From positions 74,958,001-75,022,000 of the forward strand of contig NC_135664.1 in NCBI RefSeq assembly GCF_964188315.1: 64,000 bases of DNA, written 5' to 3'. Source of the DNA: Podarcis muralis (lineage: Eukaryota). Below the pieces are notes generated by a model that had not been told where the DNA came from, did not search any database, and saw only the letters and a program-made list of their open reading frames with translations. The translations under genes and the position numbers were made by a program. Of this stretch, positions 57,142-64,000 are shown in pieces. Position 1 is the first letter of the stretch; each line of letters opens with the position of its first letter.

Positions 57142-60100
57142 TCTCCACCGTAATTAAACCGAACTTCATAACATTGTTAAGTGACTTCCTCGTATCCCCC
57201 TGGTTGAATTTCAGTGTATATCATTTTAACAGTTTGCCAGATTGCTCAATTTTCACCTGGTCCTTTTTATCCTTTTTGTACAGTTTCTTGTACTATTTAT
57301 AAAAACATTTTCTTATGCCAGCAGGGTTCTCCACAGATTTTCCTTATGTTACGATATTTGTGATAGTACTTTGCTTTTGCCTCTTTTTCAATTGCCAGGC
57401 TAAAAGTTTCCCACATTTGTTTGCCGATTCAAAGTTCCCTTGTCTCATCCTCTTTAATTTCCATTCTATTTCTTGGTTTATAATCTGTGAATATTGAACC
57501 TGAAGAGCTTTAATTTCCTTTTGTATCTGCAAATTTTTTGGATTTCCTCTGAGCTTCTTCTCTTTCTCTTTTAGTTGATCCAAAATTTTATCTTTTTGTT
57601 CATTTTGTATCTTTTTCCTAATTGAATATTGTTGGATAAGGAATCCTCTCATTACTGCTTTGCTGGCATCCCAAATAACCCTTGTTTCCGTTCCTTGGTT
57701 CATATTAAGTTCAAAATAATCCTTTAGGGTTTTTTGGTCTTTAGTTACAATCAAAGTACTTCTCAACAAATCATCATTCATTCTCCATCTGAAGGAGCCC
57801 TGTACAAACATCTTCAGTTCCACAGAAACTGCACTGTGGTCAGAGCAAGTTTTAGGGCAAATTTCAGTTTTTAGTACCTTGGGAACCAAGTCTCTAGATA
57901 ACCATAGGTAGTCGAGTCTCAAAAATGATTGGTTTGCATCTGAGAAAAAAGTGAAGTCTTTTCCAGTTGGATTTCTGACTCTCAATATGTCTGACAGATC
58001 AAATTTATCAGTTATATCAAAGAAAGTCTTGGGTAGTCTTATTCGAAATCTTTTGTCTCTGAGTCCTATCCATCAAAGTAGATGCCACTCCATTCAAATC
58101 TCCCATTAAAATTAGTTTATAGTCCAAGTATTCCAGAAGGCTTGTTTCCAAATTCTTAAAGAATTCCACTTTGCCATCATTAGGTGCATAGATTCCTAAT
58201 AACAAATATTTTTCGCCCTGTGTGGTATTTTCCACTTCTATGTGTCTTCCCTCCTCATCTTTAAAAATCAATTTTGGTTTCCATTTTTCTTTTATATAGA
58301 AAACCACTCCTCTTTTCTTAACTTTATCCGAAGAAATAAATTCTTATCCAAGTCTTTTATTTATTAGAATTTTTCTATGTAATCTTGTGATGTGTGTTTC
58401 CTGTAAACAAATTATATCCAAATTCTGTTTTTCCAGCTCATGATAAACCTGTCTCCTTTTTTCAGGAGAGTTTAAACCATTTACGTTGCAAGAATAAATT
58501 CTCAAAGCCATAATGTCGAATTAAGGGGATGCCGCTTCTGCCCCCGACACCTGTGGGCTTTGCAGTCCCAATTCCACAGCGTACTTCTGCAGAAATCTGT
58601 CCTTCTCTCCCACAGTCTTAATCCTTTGCTTTCTTCCTTCAAATCTGAAAGATAGGCCCTCTGGGAATTCCCACCTAAAAAAGATATTTTTTCCTCCTCA
58701 GGATGTTTGTCAATTCTGTGTAATTCGACCTCAAGCTCAGGAATTGCCGAAGAACTTCTTTAAAGAGCACAATAGATTCGTCCTGTATTTTTAGCCCTTT
58801 TTAATAGTGGTGTCCCAGAATAATATCTCTTTGTTCCTTGGTCTTAAATGCAGTCATAAGTTATTTTTGTGTCCTTTTTAGGCCCAAATCTATAGGCTTT
58901 TTCTATCCACGATTCAACTTCTTCCTTTTTCAAGTCCCACCATACCATGAAAAAATCCGTCAAAGATTCCCTGAGTTTCTCTTCATCCAGATGCGGGACC
59001 CCCCTCAATCTTAAGTGGGATTCCTTTTCCTTCATTTGAAGAAAAGCAATTGAATTTGCATTTGCATTTTGTAATCTTTCCAGATCTGACACTCTGACTG
59101 TCTCAAGCTGTGCCAACCTTGTATCATGTGTAGTAATCTCAGACTTAACTTCTTTCAGTTCAGCTTCAAATCTTTTGTCCAACTTTTCTATGCTTGCTAT
59201 ATTGCGATTTAAGCCGTCTCTAATATCATTCAGTATTGTCATAACCGGTTCCTCAAAGGGTGGATTCTTGTTTTGTCAGCACACAATGTAATTCAGGAAT
59301 TTCAAGGTCAGTACCACAGCTTGTTGTAGTGAGAAAGAAAAACAAGTTCCCTCCCCTAGTCCCACAGATGCCAGCCCAGCCAGACAGCAGCCCCCCTGTT
59401 CTTTAGGAACAAGCTGAGAGAGGAAAAGAAAATTTTAAAATCCCTTTCTTTTTCCTTGTAACAATTATAGACAGTCCTGAAGGGAGAGGACACTTTTAGC
59501 TACTTAAAAATATGTCAGGATAGCCGCAGGACACAATTTAGCAGAGTTAGTGGAAACGGAGATTAAATGTTTCCTCTTCCATTGTGATGTCACAATGGAG
59601 TCTAGCCTTCCTCCTGGGAGGTCCACTGCAGATTGAAGGAGGCTTTTTCCTCAGTAACAATCACACAAAGTTTATATTTTTTTTAAATAATTTCCCCCTT
59701 ATCCTCCTTAAAGGGGTGGGGGATTTTGCCTGCAAAGTTTCAAAGTTCTTTTTTCTGTTTAGGCTTCGGTCTTTGCACACCGATTCCAGTTTCTTCCAAC
59801 AAAAGGGACCGACCTCCGTTTTTAAGCCCCTTTTTTCGCTGATCAAATTTTCAACTTAAGACTTTCGCTTTACTAACAGTTCTGAATTTTAAGTCCTTTT
59901 TTTGAAGAAGAAATTGGCCGCTCACAATCGCCAATCTCAGAGCTTCGCGCAGTGAAAGAAGCAGTCTTTTCCGCTGTGCCGCATCTCCAACCCCGCTTGC
60001 TCTCGGAGCTCTTACGAGCTTACTGGGGAGCAGAGGTGTCACGAAAAGGCACCCGCCAGATCTCCAAGTCCTCAGAATGCCCAAACTGAGGGTTTTTTTG

Positions 60101-60212
60101 GGGGAACCATGACACTCTCGTGGTCTCCCCTTGCTTCAATGGGCTGGGGCTCTTTCAGCCAAAAGAGATCCCGACTGCCATTACCGGGCGACCAACCGGA
60201 TGTCTCCCATCC
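57059..60212 (-). mobile_element. L1 element with 5' end, ORF1, endonuclease and 3' tail, but lacking RT
   Basis: ORF1 fragment 58844-59242 (coiled coil, HLRLRGVP). ORF2 starts at 58511 (MALRIYSCNVNGLN..., IYAPND, GDLN, SDH motifs). A-rich tail; TSD gtgttata / gtgtttta (57051-57058, 60213-60220). The paralogous empty site is at about 49640-49665. Confidence 0.9.
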
Positions 60213-60350
60213 GTGTTTTAAAGGTATGGACCTAGAAAACATGAAAAAGAATGTTGGTGGGACAGATATCTGTTTATAACAGGATGACTACTATTGGGCT
60301 TCCTTCAACGTCACTTTTCTCTCTTCTCAGATCCTCCTCTTTCCTTCCTC

Positions 60351-61286
60351 ATGGATGCAGAGAATCAAACGCAGGTAGAAGAGTTTATCCTCTTAGGCCT
60401 CTCCAGAGCCCTGAGCAACCAAGCTCCCCTCTTCTTGGTGTTCCTAGCTGCCTATTTGGCCATCGTCACGGGCAACCTCATGATGTTAATCGTGGTCCTG
60501 ATGGATTCGCGCCTTCACAGCCCCATGTACTTTTTCCTCAGTCACCTATCTTGCTTGGACATTTGTGGTTCATCTGTCGTTGTGCCAAAGATCCTGGTGA
60601 ACCTTCTGCGCCAGAGTCACACCATCTCCTACAACCAGTGCATGGCACAAACATTCTTTCTGGTCGGGTTTTTTGGATGTGAGCCTGCCCTGTTAGCCAT
60701 CATGGCCTATGACCGCTATGCCGCCATTTGCCAGCCATTGCACTACAGCCGTCTCATGAGGAACAGGCTGTGCATCTATCTCGCTGTGGCCTCCTGGGTC
60801 TGGGGCTTCCTGGACTCAGCAATTCACGCTGTGTTGGCCTCCAAGCTTCGCTTCTGTGGAGCCAACCAGATTCCGCAAATCTTTTGCGATGTGCCCCCGC
60901 TGTTGAAAATCGCCTGCAGTGATACGAGCATCAATGAATTGGCCACTCACATCACCAGCATCTTTGTGGGCCTGGCTCCCTTCCTCTTCATCATCTTCTC
61001 CTATTTCTACATCTTGGCCTCCATTCTGAAGATTCACTCCAACACTGGCAGGAAGAAAGCCTTCTCTACCTGTGCTTCACACTTGGTTGTGGTCATTCTC
61101 TGTTTAGGAAACGCATTCCTAAACTACAACCGCCCAAGCGCCGGCTACTCTCTGGAGATAGACACACTGATCTCAGCGATGTACTGCATCGTCACCCCTA
61201 TGCTGAACCCCCTCGTCTACAGCCTCCGCAACAAGGAGGTGAAGGAAGCGCTGAGGAAGGTTCTGAACTGCTGGAAGACGGTTTGA
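60351..61286 (+). CDS. Olfactory receptor (OR-6), 311 aa, intact
   Basis: All OR motifs present; acceptor AG at 60329-60330; close paralog of OR-4 and OR-5. Confidence 0.96.
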   Translation: MDAENQTQVEEFILLGLSRALSNQAPLFLVFLAAYLAIVTGNLMMLIVVLMDSRLHSPMYFFLSHLSCLDICGSSVVVPKILVNLLRQSHTISYNQCMAQTFFLVGFFGCEPALLAIMAYDRYAAICQPLHYSRLMRNRLCIYLAVASWVWGFLDSAIHAVLASKLRFCGANQIPQIFCDVPPLLKIACSDTSINELATHITSIFVGLAPFLFIIFSYFYILASILKIHSNTGRKKAFSTCASHLVVVILCLGNAFLNYNRPSAGYSLEIDTLISAMYCIVTPMLNPLVYSLRNKEVKEALRKVLNCWKTV

Positions 61287-61309
61287 ATCTCATTTCTGCT
61301 GCTCTATAC

Positions 61310-61495
61310 CACAGTGTCTTCTAAAAGTCTGGTAGCTATTTTCTCTGACATCTGGTGGGAGGGCATTCCACAGGGCGGGTGCCAATACCGAGAAGGTCCT
61401 CTGCCTGGTTCCCTGTAACTTGGCTTCTCGCAGAGAGGGAACCGCCAGAAGGCCCTCGGTGCTGGACCTCAGTGTCTTGGTGGAACGATGGAGGT
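61310..61495 (-). mobile_element. L2 fragment just 3' of OR-6; shorter paralog after OR-5 at about 50770-50860
   Basis: tcttctaaaagtctggtag...ccacagggcgggtgcc...gctggacctcagtgtc. Confidence 0.82.
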
Positions 61496-61509
61496 GGAGT
61501 GCTCCTCCT

Positions 61510-63230
61510 GATTATATGGCTGGTTTCTCCTCCCCTCCAATAGAATTTTAAGTGAAATATCAATATATAACATGACTCCCCCCTTCTCCACGTGGCTTTA
61601 TGTATTGTATAATTTTCTTTTGCCATAAGTCACTTGGAGACATTTGGGTGACAAGAGACTAAGAAGTTTAATCAACAACAACAACACTGAATTAAATGGA
61701 TCAATGGTCTGAATGGGTAGAAGACTGCTTACGATCATAGAATCACAGACCTGCTACTCCTCCGTCACTGTCCCCAGAATTTTGGCCAACCTCCTCCGCT
61801 GCCGCCACCACACCATCTCCTAGCACCCGTGCCTGGCCCAGATGTTCTTCCTGATGGCTTTCTCAGGTTCTGAGTGCTGGCTGTTGGCCGCCATGGCATA
61901 CGATCGCTATGCCGCCATTTGCCAGCCTTTGCATTCCTCATACCTCATGAGCACGGGTGTGTGTGTGCAACTAGCCACCATCATCTGGGACTTGGGTTTC
62001 CTGGACTCAGTGGTCCACATAGCCTTGGCCTCCAATTTACACTTCTGCGGGGCCTTCCAGATCCACCACATCTTCTGCAACCTCTCACCACTGCTGAAAA
62101 TTGCCTGCTGGAACAAGCGCATCAGCAAAATTACCGTTCACATAGCCACCATCTTTATGGGCCTGGGCGCATTCCTGGTAGTCGTCATCTCCTACGTCTA
62201 CATCTTGGCTTCCATCTCGCCAATCTGCTCCAACAAGCGGGCAGCGCAAGGCTTTCTCCCACATGATAGTGGTCGTGGAAGTGGATTGGTGAACTACAAC
62301 CACCCCAGCACAGGCTACTTCTTGGAGGTTGACACCTTGATCTCCACCATGTGGCCTTTGGGGCCAGCTAATATAAATATATAAAGCCATTTTATTTCCC
62401 CAGAGAAACTTGGAAAATACTCTTCATTTTAAAATCTTCATTTATTTTCCGTTGCCGCTGACATCTTTTGTTATGACTAAAGCTTTATATTTTGTTGCTC
62501 ACAGCTGTGTTTCTTTTTAATGTAAGTGATCCAGAAAATGTTGTTGTTGGGTGGCAAATAAATATTGTCAATAAAAAACAAATACACAAATACACAAACA
62601 AAACCACCAGTGCTTGTGCATTGTGCTTGGATGCTGAGTTAAGCCAAATCTTGTACTCTGTTGTGGTGAGTTTGGTGGGTAGGAAGAGCAGGGATTGGTA
62701 GGTTCGTGAGCAAGTGTAAATCTGTGGGACCCTTCCCCAACTGTGTGAAGAAGCTTGCCAGAAGAAGAGTATCTTCAGCTGTTTCCAGATAATGCAAATA
62801 ATGGGCATCTGCCCTAACTGAACACAGATGCTGTACCAGCAGCAGGGCCTTGTCAGTAGTGGCGCCCGCCCTGTAGAACGCCCTCCCATCAGAGGTCAAG
62901 GAAATAAATGGCTATCTTTTAGAAGACACCTGAAGGTAGCCCTGTTTAGGGTAGTTCATAATGTTTGGTGTTTTATCGTGCTTTTAATATTCTGTTGGGA
63001 GCCGCCCAGAATGGCTGGGGTATAAATATGTAAGTGTGCTGTTGGGTGGCATATAAATATTGTCAATAAAAAACAAATACACAAACAAAACCTTGTGCAT
63101 TGTGCTTGGATGCTGAGTTAAGCCAAATCTTGTACTCTGTTGCGGAGAGTTGGGTGGGTGGGAAGAGGTGGGATTGGTAGGTTCATGAGTATGTATAAAT
63201 CTGTCGGACCCTTCCCCAGCTGTGAGGGGA
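61510..63230 (+). repeat. Displaced duplicate of the OR-3 region (37100-39335) with internal deletions
   Basis: 61510-61750 matches 37100-37335 and 62353-63030 matches 38678-39335. 63040-63220 repeats 62545-62730. Confidence 0.85.
61751..62352 (+). pseudogene. Olfactory receptor pseudogene (OR-3-like), deleted at both ends
   Basis: Starts at the TM2 end (CYSSVTVP) with no ATG or TM1. In-frame TAG at 61821-61823, small deletions in TM6, and loss of TM7 after LISTM. Confidence 0.93.
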
Positions 63231-63447
63231 ACCAGAGCTTACAGGGTTAAACAGCTCAGTTCCATCATCCTGCCTATGAGGGGTGGAGAGATCCACATCC
63301 GGGATCTGTTTCTTTGTTCTGTCTGTACTTTCATTTTTGTCTGGGACGGAGGATGTCTTTCTCTCTGGAAACTGGCTGAATTTATTGCTGCTGTAAATAA
63401 AGCTTTTAGCATATAAGGAAGCTGAGTGGAATCTTGATTTATGCATA

Positions 63448-63770
63448 CAGTGGTGCCTCGCAAAACGAAATTAATCCGTTCCGCGAGTCTCTTCGTCTTG
63501 CAGTTTTTTCATCTTGTGAAGCACGGCTTTTAGCGGCTTAGCGGCTATTAGCGGCTTAGCGGCTATTAACGGCTTAGCGGCTTAGCGGCTATTAACGGCT
63601 TAGCGGCTTTAAGAAAAAGGAAACAAACTCGCAAGAACTCGCAAGACGTTTCGTCTTGCGAAGCAAGCCCATAGGGAAATTCGTCTTGCGGAATGACTCA
63701 AAAAACGGAAAACCCTTTCGTCTAGCAAGTTTTTCGTCTTGCGAGGCATTCGTCTTGCGGGGCACCACTG
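63448..63770 (+). mobile_element. Tc1/mariner (Tigger-like) MITE with internal minisatellite
   Basis: TIRs cagtggtgcctcgc / gcggggcaccactg; TA on both sides; internal (gcttagcg / gctatta)n. Confidence 0.88.
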
Positions 63771-64000
63771 TACTATGCACACACAGAGGGCAGAAGGCCA
63801 ATTCACTGTGTTTTACTCTGCTGTGCTCAGAGTTCCAAAGAGCAGAGATACACGACGGAAGCCTGCAGGACCTTCACCCTGAGCAATATTTACAGGTTAT
63901 GGACTAGTCACGCTCCAAAGGCAAGGGAGCTTTCTGCGAAGCCTGCGCTGTGCCTGTGTCCTTAAAGAGCTGCAGAGAAATCCAGCTGGAGCTTCTTCTA

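Noticed and set aside
63530-63612. CRISPR-like short repeat array
   Set aside because: Eukaryotic context, no unique spacers; it is a minisatellite inside a MITE.

Overview
Vertebrate DNA from a squamate reptile, probably a lacertid lizard (inferred from Sauria-type SINEs together with BovB, L2, CR1 and L1). Genes: the last four coding exons of NME6 on the + strand (2764-8103; the first coding exon is upstream of the window), then a tandem + strand cluster of six intact single-exon olfactory receptors (22883-61286) and one deleted OR pseudogene (61751-62352). The cluster was built by tandem or segmental duplications, and at least one OR looks chimeric. Most of the rest is interspersed repeats, many with readable target-site duplications (TSDs). 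Most striking: a non-autonomous hAT family present twice (1775-2230 and 32641-33328). The copies share ~115-125 bp arms and have perfect 8-bp TSDs, but carry different GC-rich cargo at the same internal position. One cargo looks like the 5' UTR and N-terminal coding sequence of the host gene RANBP9, i.e. a Pack-type gene-capturing DNA transposon. All alignments were read by eye, so repeat boundaries without a stated TSD are approximate, and family names come from recalled consensus features, not database searches.
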